The notes: generated by a model not told the origin, from the letters alone. Positions 21,371 to 32,683 are shown, counted from the stretch's first letter. The stretch is DNA of 64,000 bases from Candidatus Sumerlaeota bacterium (GCA_021772755.1 JAJFLJ010000083.1:1416-65415), one strand, 5' to 3'. A program made the numbers and translations.

Positions 21371-23440
21371 ATGTCCGCCGTCCGACCGCCCCACCGCCCG
21401 CGCACGCTCGACCGCGAACCCGACTTCGATCTGCCGAAGCCCGACGACTCGCAGCCATTCCGCGTCGTCAGTTCCTATCGGCCCGCCGGCGACCAGCCGA
21501 AGGCCATCGAGGCCCTTGTGCGCGGGCTCCACAACGATCTCCCCGCGCAGACCCTGCTCGGTGCGACGGGTACCGGCAAGACCTTCACCATCGCCAACGT
21601 GATCGAGGCCGTGAACAAGCCGACGCTGGTGCTGGCACCCAACAAGACGCTCGCCGCGCAGCTCTATCGCGAATTCAAGGAGTACTTTCCCGACAACGCC
21701 GTCGAGTACTTCGTCTCCTACTACGACTACTACCAGCCGGAGGCGTATCTGCCGGCGACGAACACGTTCATCGAGAAGGACGCGTCGATCAACGACGAGC
21801 TGGACAAGCTGAGGCTGAGCGCGACGAAGTCGCTGCTGGAACGGCGCGACACCCTCGTCGTCGCCAGCGTGTCCTGCATCTACGGCATCGGGTCGCCCTC
21901 GGAGTTCCACTCGATGTGCGCGTTCCTGCGCGAGGGCGACACCGTCTCGCGCGACGAACTGCTGCGCCGCCTGGTGGACATCCAGTACCGCCGCAACGAC
22001 ACCGACTTCCACCGCGGCGTGTTTCGCGTCCGCGGCGACCGCATCGACATCTTTCCCGCCTACGAGGAGCGCAAGGCGCTCCGCGTCGAGCTCTTCGGCG
22101 ACGAGATCGACTCCATCGTCGAGTTCGACCCCTTCACCGGCGCGACGCTGCGCCGCATCCGCCGCGCCGCCGTCTATCCGACGAGCGTGTACGCGACGCG
22201 CAAGGACACGCTGCTCGCCGCCGTCGAACGCATCGAGGCGGAACTGGCGGAGCGGCTGCGGGAACTGGAGGACCAGGGCAAGCTGCTGGAACACCAGCGT
22301 CTGAAGGAGCGCACCGAACACGACCTGGAAATGATGCGCGAGATGGGAACGTGCCCCGGCATCGAGAACTACTCGCGCCATCTGGCCGGCCGCGCGGAGG
22401 GCGATCCTCCCTACACCCTCATGGACTACTTTCCCGACGACTATCTGATGGTGGTGGACGAGAGCCACATCGCCGTTCCGCAGATTGGCGCGATGTTCCA
22501 CGGCGACCGCAACCGCAAGCGGACGCTGGTGGACTTCGGGTTCCGTCTGCCCTCCGCCCAGGACAACCGCCCCCTGAAGTTCGAGGAGTGGGAGCGGCGC
22601 GTGAACCGGCTGATCTTCGTCAGCGCCACGCCGGCGGACTACGAACTGGAGCGCAGCGGCGGGGTCGTCGTGGAGCAGATCATCCGCCCCACGGGACTCG
22701 TCGATCCGCGGATCGACGTCCGCCCCGTCGAGGGCCAGGTGCAGGACCTGCTCGCCGAGGCCCGCCTTCGCACGGAACGCGGCGAACGCGTGCTGGTGAC
22801 GACGCTGACGAAGAAGTTCGCCGAGCAGCTGACGGAATACCTCGCCGAGGCCGGCATCAAGACGCGCTATCTCCACAGCGACATCAAGGTGCTCGAGCGC
22901 ATCGAGATCCTCCGCGAACTGCGCACCGGCCGCATCGACGTGCTGGTGGGAATCAATCTGCTGCGCGAGGGCCTGGACCTGCCGGAGGTCTCGCTGGTGT
23001 GCATCCTCGACGCCGACAAGGAGGGCTTCCTGCGCTCGGGCGTCTCGCTGATCCAGACGGTCGGTCGCGCGGCGCGAAACGTCGATGGCACCGTCATCCT
23101 CTATGGCGACAGAACGACCGACGCGATGCGGAGATGCATCGAGGAGACGGACCGTCGCCGCGCACGGCAGACCGCCTTCAACGAGGAGCATGGCATCACG
23201 CCGCAGACGATCCGCAAGGCGGTGAAGGACATCATCGAGGTCGAATACCGCGCGGGCGACGACATCGCGCTGATCGCGGCGGAACCGGGCGAAGAGTACC
23301 TGTCGAAGCGCGACGTGGAGAAGAAGATCGATTCGCTGCGCAAGGAGATGAAGGAGGCGGCGAAGCGACTGGACTTCGAACTCGCCGCGGAACTGCGCGA
23401 CCGCGTCTCCGCGTGGCAGAACCGACTGCTGGAGTTGTAA
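21371..23440 (+). CDS. uvrB: Excinuclease ABC subunit B
   Basis: [10 protein letters not shown] Walker [11 protein letters not shown], helicase motifs and the C-terminal UVR domain ([23 protein letters not shown]). Confidence 0.95.
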   Translation: MSAVRPPHRPRTLDREPDFDLPKPDDSQPFRVVSSYRPAGDQPKAIEALVRGLHNDLPAQTLLGATGTGKTFTIANVIEAVNKPTLVLAPNKTLAAQLYREFKEYFPDNAVEYFVSYYDYYQPEAYLPATNTFIEKDASINDELDKLRLSATKSLLERRDTLVVASVSCIYGIGSPSEFHSMCAFLREGDTVSRDELLRRLVDIQYRRNDTDFHRGVFRVRGDRIDIFPAYEERKALRVELFGDEIDSIVEFDPFTGATLRRIRRAAVYPTSVYATRKDTLLAAVERIEAELAERLRELEDQGKLLEHQRLKERTEHDLEMMREMGTCPGIENYSRHLAGRAEGDPPYTLMDYFPDDYLMVVDESHIAVPQIGAMFHGDRNRKRTLVDFGFRLPSAQDNRPLKFEEWERRVNRLIFVSATPADYELERSGGVVVEQIIRPTGLVDPRIDVRPVEGQVQDLLAEARLRTERGERVLVTTLTKKFAEQLTEYLAEAGIKTRYLHSDIKVLERIEILRELRTGRIDVLVGINLLREGLDLPEVSLVCILDADKEGFLRSGVSLIQTVGRAARNVDGTVILYGDRTTDAMRRCIEETDRRRARQTAFNEEHGITPQTIRKAVKDIIEVEYRAGDDIALIAAEPGEEYLSKRDVEKKIDSLRKEMKEAAKRLDFELAAELRDRVSAWQNRLLEL

Positions 23441-23441
23441 C

Positions 23442-23702
23442 ATGGGACACCCCGACCAGGGCGAAGACGTGAACGGCCCAGAGTCCGGCAACGGCCCGCG
23501 ACAGCGCACGGCGCTGAGTCTTCTCATCGAGGACGCCGTGCGTCGGGGCGTGGCCAGGGCGCTCGCCGAGCACAAACGCGCGGGGCGCAGCGTCGTCATC
23601 ATGCGCGACGGAGTCATCGTGGAACTCTCCCCCGACGAAATTCCCGACTACGACTTCGACAACGACCCGCAGCACGTCACGCACCGGCTTCGCGTGCTCT
23701 GA
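23442..23702 (+). CDS. Small hypothetical protein (86 aa) immediately after uvrB
   Basis: Starts 2 nt after the uvrB stop. Coding-like codon usage. No motif recognised. Confidence 0.4.
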   Translation: MGHPDQGEDVNGPESGNGPRQRTALSLLIEDAVRRGVARALAEHKRAGRSVVIMRDGVIVELSPDEIPDYDFDNDPQHVTHRLRVL

Positions 23703-23710
23703 CCCCGCCG

Positions 23711-25066
23711 CTATTCCTCCGGCGCCTCTCCGGTATTCCCGCTCCCCGTGATTTTCGCGCGCTCGATGGCTTCCTCGCGCGTGTCGCCATAGCATACCGT
23801 CTCTGGCTTCGACGGCATCTCCGCCACCCACCGGCCCGATTCGTCCTTCTTCGCGACGATGGGTGGTTCACTCTCGGCAACTGACGCGGGTGGAAGCGGC
23901 GGCGGCATCGGTGGAGACGACGCCCCCCCGGGCTGGCGCCGCGGCGGCGACTCCGCCTTCCAAGGCTTCATGCGGGCATCGCGCGTCCGGTGAATGCGGG
24001 CCAGTCCGTATCGCACGCCATCCGCGTCGTCCAGCACGGCGCTCGCCATGAAGTGGTCGAACGCCTGGTCCGCGCGCTCGAAGACCGCCTCGATCTTTCT
24101 GGAGAGATTCCTCCTCTGCCAGTTGCGGACGAGGCGCAGCACCATGGCGGCGATCAGGAACGCGGTCGCCAGCAGGACTGGCAGAGCATACTTCATGTTC
24201 GCGTCCATCTCGCTCAGTAGGGAGGCCGACAGGGAGATCGCGAAGATGGCACAGAACACGATCGCGACGCCGACGAGCAATCCCACGCAGCCCGTTCTCA
24301 GGCGCTCTGTCCCGATCTTGACGCCGGCCGATTTCCCCGATTCGGATTCCCAGACGAAGACCATCGGCTCGAGGGTCCGCGTCCGCACCTGGTGCCCGGC
24401 GGAGATCGTCCCGGCAAGCGTCGACTCGAACGTCAGCCACAGCGTCGCCACCGCGAGCGCGATTCCCGCAGCGTGGTACTGCCTGGCGGCGCCGAGGTAG
24501 AGGACCGCGAAGAGAATGTACAGAAACGACGCGACGAGGGACGCGGTCAGCAGCGCGTTCTCGCGCTTCTCCATGTAGACGGCCTCCACGATGTCGCGGC
24601 CCCGGGCGCCGGTCATCCAGAGATCGACCGCCGCGTCCGCGAAGAATCCGTTCCTGCCGAAAACCCTCGAGCACAGGCGCGGCATGAAGTGCTCCGTGTG
24701 CCGCTTGCGCTGGAACATCACCGAACCCGCCGCCCCCAGGGCGAAGAGGACCGGAAGTACCAGGCAGCCGAAGACCAGGAACAGTGCGACGATGACGATG
24801 AAAGCGAGAACGCCGAGCACCATCTGGCCCGGGTTCAGTCCCGCGCCGAAATGCCGAAACCGCCGCAGCAGCGAGCCGCGCGCGTGGACGAACCGCCGCA
24901 GGCAAAACGCCCGGTAGACGGCGTTGGTGTCCTCGCCGGCGACAAGCGGGTCCAGCCCGCGCATGAACGAGCCGAACCGCCGCAGCTCCCCCGTTGTGTC
25001 CCCCCGCTCGCCCATCGCTCTGCCCGCCTGGAGTTTCGATCCTGCGAGGATGGCCGCGACCCGCAA
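23711..25066 (-). CDS. Polytopic membrane protein with a C-terminal HicB/UPF0150-like domain; start uncertain
   Basis: Several TM helices, then a Pro-rich linker and ...KDESGRWVAEMPSKPETVCYGDTREEAIERAK, which matches the HicB-like pattern (KDEDGgwvAevPdlPGCvtqGDTlEEAlen). Confidence 0.5.
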   Translation of the reverse strand: MRVAAILAGSKLQAGRAMGERGDTTGELRRFGSFMRGLDPLVAGEDTNAVYRAFCLRRFVHARGSLLRRFRHFGAGLNPGQMVLGVLAFIVIVALFLVFGCLVLPVLFALGAAGSVMFQRKRHTEHFMPRLCSRVFGRNGFFADAAVDLWMTGARGRDIVEAVYMEKRENALLTASLVASFLYILFAVLYLGAARQYHAAGIALAVATLWLTFESTLAGTISAGHQVRTRTLEPMVFVWESESGKSAGVKIGTERLRTGCVGLLVGVAIVFCAIFAISLSASLLSEMDANMKYALPVLLATAFLIAAMVLRLVRNWQRRNLSRKIEAVFERADQAFDHFMASAVLDDADGVRYGLARIHRTRDARMKPWKAESPPRRQPGGASSPPMPPPLPPASVAESEPPIVAKKDESGRWVAEMPSKPETVCYGDTREEAIERAKITGSGNTGEAPEE

Positions 25067-25182
25067 CGGCGCAAGCGGACTTCCGCCCGCCCGCCGTCCT
25101 TTCCCTTGTCCGCCCCCCCCCGCGCTCCGTTGACTGGCCGCCCTTGCGCCGCGCGGCGCCAGACCCCTCCAGGCATCGCACC

Positions 25183-26628
25183 ATGACCCTTCGATTCACC
25201 AACACCCTGACCGGCAAGAAGGAGGACTTCGTCCCCCTCGACCCCGAAGGCCGGAAGGTCACCTGGTACGCCTGCGGGCCGACGGTCTACGGCCCCATCC
25301 ATATCGGCAACGCCCGCACGTTCGTCGTCACCGACACGATTCGCCGCTGGGTCGAACATCTCGGGTACGACCTGCGATTCGTCCAGAACATCACCGACGT
25401 GGACGACAAGATCATCCGCCGCGCCGCCGAGGAAGGCATCGCGCCGGAGGAGGTCGCCGAGAAATACGCGAAGATGTTCCTCGCCCACATCGAACTGCTC
25501 GGCGTTCGCCCCGCCAGCGCCCACCCGCGCTGCACCCAGGTCATCCCCGAGATGATCGACTTCATCGGGAAGCTGATCGAGAAGGGCCACGCCTACGCGT
25601 CGCCGGACGGCAGCGTCTGGTTCTCCGTGCGGTCCTTCGACGGATACGGCAAGCTCTCGCGCAAGAATCTGGACGACATGCGGGAGGGCGAACGCGTCGA
25701 CCCCGAACAGCAGAAGCTGAAGCGCGACGCCATGGACTTCTCCCTCTGGAAGGCCGCGAAGCCCGGCGAGCCGTCCTGGGACGCCCCCTGGGGCCAGGGC
25801 CGGCCGGGCTGGCACCTGGAGTGCTCCTGCATGTCGATGCGGTTTCTCGAAAGCGAGACGATCGACATCCACAGCGGCGGCGTGGACCTGGTCTTTCCCC
25901 ACCACGAGAACGAGATCGCGCAGAGCGAGGCCCTCACCGGCAAGCCCTTCGCCCGCTACTGGCTCCACCAGGCGATGCTGAACATCCGCGGCGACAAGAT
26001 GTCGAAGTCCCTCGGCAACTTCCTCTACATCGACAAACTGCTGGAGCGCTTCGACGCGCTGACGCTGCGCCACTTTCTCGTCAGCGCCCACTACCGCACC
26101 GAACTCGACTTCACCGACGACAACCTGGAGCTGGCGCGCAAGTCGTCGCGCCGCTATGCCGACGCATGGCACGAAGCCGTCGCCGTCCTCGGCGCCGAGC
26201 CGGACGCCGGCGCGTGGAAGACCTCCCCCGCCTGCGCGGAACTCGAAGAGCGCTTCGCCGAATCCATGAACGACGACTTCAACACGGCCCGCGCCCTCGC
26301 CGTGCTCTTCGACGTCGTCACGCGCCTGAACACGGCGCGCGCGAACGCCGAAAAGGGCGCCGGAGACACGGTGGAACTCGCCGCCCTCGCGTCGCTGCTC
26401 GATTTCTTTCGCAACCTGCTGGGCGTCTCGCGCAGTCTGGAGGCCGCACAGACCACCGGCATGGAGGACCTCAGCGGGCGTCTTCTCGACCTGCTGATCG
26501 AAGTCCGCAACGACGCGCGCAAGCTCAAGCAGTTCGCCCTCTCCGACAGGATTCGCGACCGGCTCGCCGAGAACGGCATCGTCCTCGAAGACCGCGCCGA
26601 CGGCACCCGCTGGAAGCGCGAAAGCTGA
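25183..26628 (+). CDS. cysS: Cysteine--tRNA ligase
   Basis: HIGNAR (HIGH motif), KMSKS, and CGPTVYG Zn-binding N-terminus. Confidence 0.95.
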   Translation: MTLRFTNTLTGKKEDFVPLDPEGRKVTWYACGPTVYGPIHIGNARTFVVTDTIRRWVEHLGYDLRFVQNITDVDDKIIRRAAEEGIAPEEVAEKYAKMFLAHIELLGVRPASAHPRCTQVIPEMIDFIGKLIEKGHAYASPDGSVWFSVRSFDGYGKLSRKNLDDMREGERVDPEQQKLKRDAMDFSLWKAAKPGEPSWDAPWGQGRPGWHLECSCMSMRFLESETIDIHSGGVDLVFPHHENEIAQSEALTGKPFARYWLHQAMLNIRGDKMSKSLGNFLYIDKLLERFDALTLRHFLVSAHYRTELDFTDDNLELARKSSRRYADAWHEAVAVLGAEPDAGAWKTSPACAELEERFAESMNDDFNTARALAVLFDVVTRLNTARANAEKGAGDTVELAALASLLDFFRNLLGVSRSLEAAQTTGMEDLSGRLLDLLIEVRNDARKLKQFALSDRIRDRLAENGIVLEDRADGTRWKRES

Positions 26629-26676
26629 CCGGCGGCGCCCGCACACGCGATGCGGACGCCGCCACCACTGCCCGCC

Positions 26677-27336
26677 CTAGTTCAGGAACGAGGGGTCGTG
26701 CGCCAGCGAGGGATCGTCGTAGATCCTCTTTCCGGCGTCGTAGGTCTGCTTGTACTGCTTGATCGGACTGAGGCCCTTGCGCGACGACCACTCGTTGGGC
26801 AGCGGAATCGGGAAGAACAGGATATAGAGATTCCGCTTGATAGTGATCTCCGTGGCGCCGCGCCCCGTCTGCACGAAGTAGTCCGAGCCGTCCAGACTGA
26901 ACACGGCGACCTCGACGTCGTAGGTGTAGACCTTCTCGCGCCACTCGTAGAAGAGCGAGGTCTTCACGATGTCGTTCACGCCGCCGTACCGGACCATGAT
27001 GTTCGCCTTGTAGTCCGGCGGGTCGCGCTCCCAGTCGACCTCGCTGCGCGCGCCGGCCTTGGCCAGCTCCAGCTGCGTCCGCGCCCGCATGTAGTCCGCC
27101 ACGTCGCCGTCGACGTACACCCCCAGAACCTCGACATCCACCAACTTGTTGCCGAGGCGCGAGAAGTCCATCGTGTAGAACGCGTCGTCGATCGCTTCGG
27201 CCATGAACTGCTGCTGGAAAGCGACGGGCGGGGTCAGACTGGATTCCGAGTCCGGAACCCATTTCGTTGCGCAGCCGAGGATCGGAAGCGCGGCCAGCGC
27301 GGTCAGCGCGGCGAGGAATGCTCGTGCGTGTTTCAT
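26677..27336 (-). CDS. Lipoprotein C (219 aa), third of three tandem lipoprotein genes
   Basis: Lipobox LAALPILGC. ATG overlaps the stop of the upstream lipoprotein gene (ATGA). No confident family match. Confidence 0.7.
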   Translation of the reverse strand: MKHARAFLAALTALAALPILGCATKWVPDSESSLTPPVAFQQQFMAEAIDDAFYTMDFSRLGNKLVDVEVLGVYVDGDVADYMRARTQLELAKAGARSEVDWERDPPDYKANIMVRYGGVNDIVKTSLFYEWREKVYTYDVEVAVFSLDGSDYFVQTGRGATEITIKRNLYILFFPIPLPNEWSSRKGLSPIKQYKQTYDAGKRIYDDPSLAHDPSFLN

Positions 27337-28088
27337 GGCGTGTCGGTCTCCTGACGGTGGTTTCGTACGTCCTGAATCAGCGATTCGAGGGCCTTGCGGT
27401 ATTCCATGGCAAGATGGTCGAGGACCCTCTGCTCGGCCTCGAGTTTCCGGTACCATCCGTCGGTTCGGCTGTCGCCGACCGACAACGTGCGGGTCGCAGG
27501 CGGACTTCCGTCGTCGCCGGCGATCGCGAGATCGATCCGTCCGGCAAGAGTCGTCCGCCCCGTCGGAGCCCCCAGCGCGTGCGCGAGAAACGCCAGCGGT
27601 CCCAGACCATAGCGGTAGTCGCGTCGAACGAGCTGCAGTTCGTCGACTCGCACCTTCAGAACCCGAAGCGGCCGGTCGTCCGGACTCCACGCGCCCACCT
27701 CCGAGCGCGCCCCGAACACGGGGCCGAACGCGCCCGACGCCGCCAGTTGCAAACGCGCCGCCTCGTGCAGCGACGACGTCGCCGTGAACTGCATGTCGTC
27801 CCGCGGAGCGGATCCGAACCGCGAGCCGTTCTCGAGAAGCGCCAGGTCGAACATGGCGTCCCGCTCCGTCGTCCAAAGCACCAGCGGAAGATACCGCAGC
27901 AGTCCGGGCCCCTCGTTCCGCGCCGGCCGCGCGTCCTCGACCGGCAGAACCAGACCGACCATCGACGGAACCGTGTCGCTCCTCGGGCCCTGGTCGTACC
28001 TCCACCGAACCGGAGGCTTCATGCATGCGCACACCGATGCGACGCACACGAGAAGGGCCGCGATGCGGAGGCGCGTCACCATGTCCAT
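27333..28088 (-). CDS. Lipoprotein B (251 aa)
   Basis: Signal peptide with lipobox VASVCAC. 13-nt overlap with the upstream lipoprotein A gene. Confidence 0.65.
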   Translation of the reverse strand: MDMVTRLRIAALLVCVASVCACMKPPVRWRYDQGPRSDTVPSMVGLVLPVEDARPARNEGPGLLRYLPLVLWTTERDAMFDLALLENGSRFGSAPRDDMQFTATSSLHEAARLQLAASGAFGPVFGARSEVGAWSPDDRPLRVLKVRVDELQLVRRDYRYGLGPLAFLAHALGAPTGRTTLAGRIDLAIAGDDGSPPATRTLSVGDSRTDGWYRKLEAEQRVLDHLAMEYRKALESLIQDVRNHRQETDTP

Positions 28089-28840
28089 GCCTCTTCCTCC
28101 GTGCCCTCGCCGGTTTCGGGGACGGGCGGCGTTTCCGCGGCAGCGGAGGGGGCTTCCGCAGAACGCGCGAACGCGTCGCGGTATTCCTCGCGAACCAGCG
28201 AGATCTCCGGAACGCCCTCCGCGCGAAACTCCTCGACGGTGGACTCCAGCAGCTTCGTCAGCAGCGAAGAGAGGCCCCGGCGGCTGAAGAACCCGACGCC
28301 GGGCGGCACGAGTTCGTCCGTCGGCCGGTACGTATCGACCTTTCCGACGAACTGCCGCTGAAAGAGCATCGTGCCGTTCAGGTCGAACACGACTCCGCGG
28401 ATCTTGCAGACGCCGTAGACGTGGTCGGCCATCAGGTGCGCCTGCGGGTGACGGCTGAGCGTCAGGTCCTGAAGCTCCAGCCGGAGGTGCAGCGGCGGCG
28501 CCCCGGACGCGGCAGCGCCGATCCTTCGGGCCTTCGACGCGCCGGGATACTCCGCGCAGTCGAAACCGCTCCGTTCCAGACTCTGCACCACTTCCGCCTC
28601 GAAGTAGTCGTGAAGGGAATCCGTCAGCAGAATCCTGTACTGGCCGCCCCAGATCCTGTTGCCGGCGCTTCCGATGGGATTCGCCCGGTCGATGAGATCG
28701 ACGGTCTCCACCATGAAGTCCGAACGCTGGCCGGCCTCGCGCAACTGCGCGGGACGGTGGTCAGGCGCCGAGACGCGAAACGCCGTGCATCCTCCGAGAA
28801 GGAGTGCCCACAGGCACGCCAGGAACAAGGGTCGTATCAT
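28076..28840 (-). CDS. Lipoprotein A (254 aa)
   Basis: Lipobox LLLGGC. Begins 8 nt after the stop of the 1244-aa protein gene on the same strand. Confidence 0.7.
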   Translation of the reverse strand: MIRPLFLACLWALLLGGCTAFRVSAPDHRPAQLREAGQRSDFMVETVDLIDRANPIGSAGNRIWGGQYRILLTDSLHDYFEAEVVQSLERSGFDCAEYPGASKARRIGAAASGAPPLHLRLELQDLTLSRHPQAHLMADHVYGVCKIRGVVFDLNGTMLFQRQFVGKVDTYRPTDELVPPGVGFFSRRGLSSLLTKLLESTVEEFRAEGVPEISLVREEYRDAFARSAEAPSAAAETPPVPETGEGTEEEAWTW

Positions 28841-28847
28841 CGCCGTC

Positions 28848-31800
28848 TCAGTTCCCGTACATCAGATCGTAGAATCCGCTCCGCCGGATCCGCCGCTCCA
28901 CTGCGGCGCTGCGGCTCTGCAGACCCCCCATGATCCGCTGCGTTTCCGACAGCTTCTCCTGGAGAGTCCCCTGATCCATCTGCTGCATGCTCGCGGGATC
29001 GGAGAGCACCTTCATCCCCTCCAGCGCCGTCGCCATGTCGCCGAAGAACTCGCGGTCCTCGTTCGTCAGCATGTCGCAGTTCCGCAGGTTCGCCGCCCAG
29101 CGGTTCACCCGAATCGAATCGTCGAAGTACGAGGCGGACTGGCTTTGGATCTCGCCGATGTCGCGGCGGTTGATCGCGCCCATCATCGGATTGTTCGCGC
29201 CCGACAACCGCGCGATCCGCTGGAGAGCCGTCCGAACCGCCGACGGGGGATCGCAGTCGGAATCAGTCGCATCCGCCACTTCGTCCGCAGGCTTCAGGTC
29301 CACCCAGTCGCCGGCCACGCCGATCCCGCGCGGTCCCACCATCGCCGCCCAGAGATACTGACGCCGGGAGTCGGTTCGCTTCGTCTCGAGAAAGAGCTTC
29401 GCCGTTCCGCCGGTGTACTCCACGTCGATGTTCGGGGACACGAGCACGCCGCCCCGGCGAACGTTGCCGACCCGTTCGGTGCCGCGCAGTTCCAGCGGCG
29501 CACGCGTTCCCAGCGGAATCCCCGTGTCGCGGAATTCCATTCGCGAAACCACGGAAGCGAGATCGATGCGCGCCTCCGCACCCTCCGAATCGAGGATGTC
29601 CACGACGGGCGGCCGCTCGAGTTCGCCGAGATTCAGCTCCCCCTTCATCATCAGGGAACCCATCGATTCCTGGTACGCCCCCATTTCCAGCGCGCCCCGG
29701 GGGGTCTGGCGCCGAATGCGGAACGGCGGCTCGAAGTCGCGGTGCGCCCGAAACAGGAGAGTCACCGTGCCCTTCGACTCGTCGAGCCCCTCCTCGGAAA
29801 CGCGCGACTCGATCATCGTCAGATCGACGTTGCAGGAGAACTTGATCGGATAGTCGGTCCCGTCGTGTTGCAGGACGAACATCGCCGTCTGCTGTCCCGA
29901 GAGCCGCGGCCGGAAGAACACGACGCCCCGGTCCAGCCTGAAATCCGATCCCTTGTACGTTCCCAGGCCGTGAATGTCCCCTTCGGCCAGATCGCCGGTC
30001 GAGAAGGGGAGTCCGTCGATCATCAGCGGCGTCGACTGTCCCGTCGTCAGCGCCCCGGCCCAGCTTACGCGCGCGCTGGAGAACTCCGAGTCCGGCGGAA
30101 CGTCCTCGGGCGGCAACAGTTCGAACCGTCCCCGCGCCGGAACCGTTCCCGCGACCGACACGACCTGCGCCTCGATCTCGTACGTGCCCAATGCCGCGCG
30201 CTCCGAGAACCGGATGTCGTTGACATAGCCGTTCGCTCCCGCCGTGCGCTCCGTTCCATTGTCCCGCGATGGCACGCGACGGCCTCCGGGCATCGTCATG
30301 AACCAGTCCACGCGCTCGACGCCCAACGACGAGTCCGGCGCCGGCGCGAGTTCGGCGAGTCCCGGCACCATGAGACGAAGAACGCCCTCTTCCCCCGAGT
30401 CGCTCTTTACCGTGACGGAAAGTTCGCCGGAATACTCCGCGTCGAAATTCAGCACCGCGCTCTCGAAAGGCTTTCCGCCGTAGATGACCGCCATCCTCGC
30501 CTTGTACGGCCCGACCCGCGGCGGACCGTCGAACCGAATGACTCCCGACTCCGCGCCGGCGGCGCTGACCAGGTCGCGGCGATACTCCACGTCGTGCTCG
30601 GCCCCCGCGGAATCGAGAACCTTGATGGCGAGATCGTGCTTCTTTCCCGGGGGAACGGAGTAGGAATAGCGCAGCGCCAGCGGCTTCAGGATCTCGACCC
30701 GTCCGCCACCTTCGACGGCCAGTTCCAGCGCTTCAGGCAATGACGCGCGCCCGCCCCGTTCCAGACGAACCGTCGTGACCGATCCTTCCGGGCCCACGCG
30801 AATCGAATCGGCGAGTGAACGAAATCCGACCGCCGCGACTTCGACCTTCGTCAGAGCATCGGGTACGACCGCCAGCGACACGCCGCCCTCGGGATCGGAA
30901 ACGCCATTGTCCCGGTGATTGCCGGAATCGACCCGAACCGTCGCGCCGGCGACGGGATCGCCGCTCCCCGCGTCGAGGACGATGACCTTCAGATCGCCGA
31001 CTGCGGAACCCGCTTCCGGCTCCAGTTCGATGCGCTCCAGCACGGGCTCCTCGTGCAGCTGAACCCCCCAGTCGCTCACCGGCTGGTAGCCCGGAGCCTC
31101 CACCGCCATCACGACGTACATTCCGTCGGGAAAGTCGCGCCACGCGAATCCCTCGTCGTCCGTCTCCCCGTTCGCCGTTCTCTCCTCGAACCAGTAGTCG
31201 ATCTTGGCGCCCTGGATCGGCTTGTCCGAACGGCGGTCCACGACCTGTACGGTCAGTCCGTGCGGCGCGTGGGGCTGAAGATGCGCGGTGATTTCCGGGC
31301 CGGGGTCCTTGTCCGGATAGAACGCGTCCTCCGAATCGCGGTAGCGGTACTTCCAGATGCGGAAATTCAGCTTCGGCGTCATCCGGGGGGCGTTGATCGT
31401 TCCCGTTCCGTCGGCGGCCGTTTCGAACTCGCCGCGCTCGTTCTGCCACATCGTGTACCACGCGACGCGCGCCCCCGCGACCGGGTCGCCGGACGACGAA
31501 TCGACGACCCGCACCGTCCAGTCCCTGCGCTCCGTCAGCCGCCGCAACTCCGCGTTCAGCCGCTGCTCCCGCGCCCGAATCTCGTTGAGGATGCGGCCCT
31601 CGAACAGGTCGCGCCGCTCCTCGAGAATCATCCGCATTCCCGTGACCAGATGGTTTCGCACGAGCCGGCCGCGAAACGCGTCCTTCATCCTCGCGTTCGC
31701 CAGCGCCGAACGGTACGTGAACGGCGGTCGGCGCCCCTCCACTTCGGTGAAGTAGTAGTCGAAGATCTCCGCCGTGGTCGTCGCCGCCCCGCCGGGCAGG

Positions 31801-32582
31801 CGAAAGCGTTCGGGATCGTCCCAGAACGAATCGAGGTACGTGACGTAGTCCTCGCCCTCTCCCCCCGCCCAGGCCGGCTCGAACAGGTCCGCCCAGTCCT
31901 GCATCCCCATCTTTCCCGGACCCTGCAGGAAGAACCACTGGTACGCGTCGTACCAGGCCTCCTCGTAGCTCGTCAGCGACTCCTCCAGCACCTTCGTCAG
32001 GGCGTAGTCCACGAACGCCAGATTGAACGCCCACGCCGCCGACGCCGCGTTCATCGGAAACCGGTTCATGTAGTACAGCATCCCGGTCCGGACGTAGCCC
32101 CACATGTCCTCGTCCTTGAAGTTCTGGTCCACGTACAGCGCCTTGAAGAGCTGGTACGTCGCCAGAAACGCCCCGAGGTCCGTCAGGATGTTGTTCACCT
32201 CGCCCAAGCTGCGCGAGAACGCCGCGTCCGGCGAGATCGCCGACGCGGCGACGCTCGAACCCGTTACGCCGATCGCGCCGGCATTCACCACGCCTGGATT
32301 GGAAGAGAGTTCCTCGATGGAGGCGAGCACGAGGCCCGCCACCGCCTCGTTCCCCTGGTCGCGCGCCATCTGCGCGACCATCCGCGCGACGAGCTGCGTC
32401 GAGCGGCGTTCCCGCTCCTTCGTGTCCTCGATCGACCAGAGCGCGTCGAACTCCTCCGCCCACTCGACCGCGTTCAGGTCTCCGAGATCATCCGCCGCCG
32501 CCACACCCGGCAGCGCGAACAGCGCCGCCAGGGCGAGCAAACCAATGAATGCGCCAAGGGCGCGGCGAACCCGACAAGACAA
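28848..32582 (-). CDS. Giant secreted protein (1244 aa) with three carboxypeptidase-regulatory-like (CarbopepD_reg) beta-sandwich repeats
   Basis: Signal peptide MSCRVRRALGAFIGLLALAALFALPGVAAA. Repeated VRVVDSSSGDPVAGARVAW / TVQVVDRRSDKPIQGAKIDY / KVIVLDAGSGDPVAGATVRV modules flanked by acidic segments. About 330 aa helical N-domain and ~600 aa beta-rich C-region. Confidence 0.75.
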   Translation of the reverse strand: MSCRVRRALGAFIGLLALAALFALPGVAAADDLGDLNAVEWAEEFDALWSIEDTKERERRSTQLVARMVAQMARDQGNEAVAGLVLASIEELSSNPGVVNAGAIGVTGSSVAASAISPDAAFSRSLGEVNNILTDLGAFLATYQLFKALYVDQNFKDEDMWGYVRTGMLYYMNRFPMNAASAAWAFNLAFVDYALTKVLEESLTSYEEAWYDAYQWFFLQGPGKMGMQDWADLFEPAWAGGEGEDYVTYLDSFWDDPERFRLPGGAATTTAEIFDYYFTEVEGRRPPFTYRSALANARMKDAFRGRLVRNHLVTGMRMILEERRDLFEGRILNEIRAREQRLNAELRRLTERRDWTVRVVDSSSGDPVAGARVAWYTMWQNERGEFETAADGTGTINAPRMTPKLNFRIWKYRYRDSEDAFYPDKDPGPEITAHLQPHAPHGLTVQVVDRRSDKPIQGAKIDYWFEERTANGETDDEGFAWRDFPDGMYVVMAVEAPGYQPVSDWGVQLHEEPVLERIELEPEAGSAVGDLKVIVLDAGSGDPVAGATVRVDSGNHRDNGVSDPEGGVSLAVVPDALTKVEVAAVGFRSLADSIRVGPEGSVTTVRLERGGRASLPEALELAVEGGGRVEILKPLALRYSYSVPPGKKHDLAIKVLDSAGAEHDVEYRRDLVSAAGAESGVIRFDGPPRVGPYKARMAVIYGGKPFESAVLNFDAEYSGELSVTVKSDSGEEGVLRLMVPGLAELAPAPDSSLGVERVDWFMTMPGGRRVPSRDNGTERTAGANGYVNDIRFSERAALGTYEIEAQVVSVAGTVPARGRFELLPPEDVPPDSEFSSARVSWAGALTTGQSTPLMIDGLPFSTGDLAEGDIHGLGTYKGSDFRLDRGVVFFRPRLSGQQTAMFVLQHDGTDYPIKFSCNVDLTMIESRVSEEGLDESKGTVTLLFRAHRDFEPPFRIRRQTPRGALEMGAYQESMGSLMMKGELNLGELERPPVVDILDSEGAEARIDLASVVSRMEFRDTGIPLGTRAPLELRGTERVGNVRRGGVLVSPNIDVEYTGGTAKLFLETKRTDSRRQYLWAAMVGPRGIGVAGDWVDLKPADEVADATDSDCDPPSAVRTALQRIARLSGANNPMMGAINRRDIGEIQSQSASYFDDSIRVNRWAANLRNCDMLTNEDREFFGDMATALEGMKVLSDPASMQQMDQGTLQEKLSETQRIMGGLQSRSAAVERRIRRSGFYDLMYGN

Positions 32583-32683
32583 CGAGCCACTCCGAGAGTA
32601 TCGTACCGCAACGACTCGTCGGCGCTCTGCGAATCGTCAACCGGAAAGGCCCCCGGCGGCGGCCAGCGTGAAGAAGCGAACCC

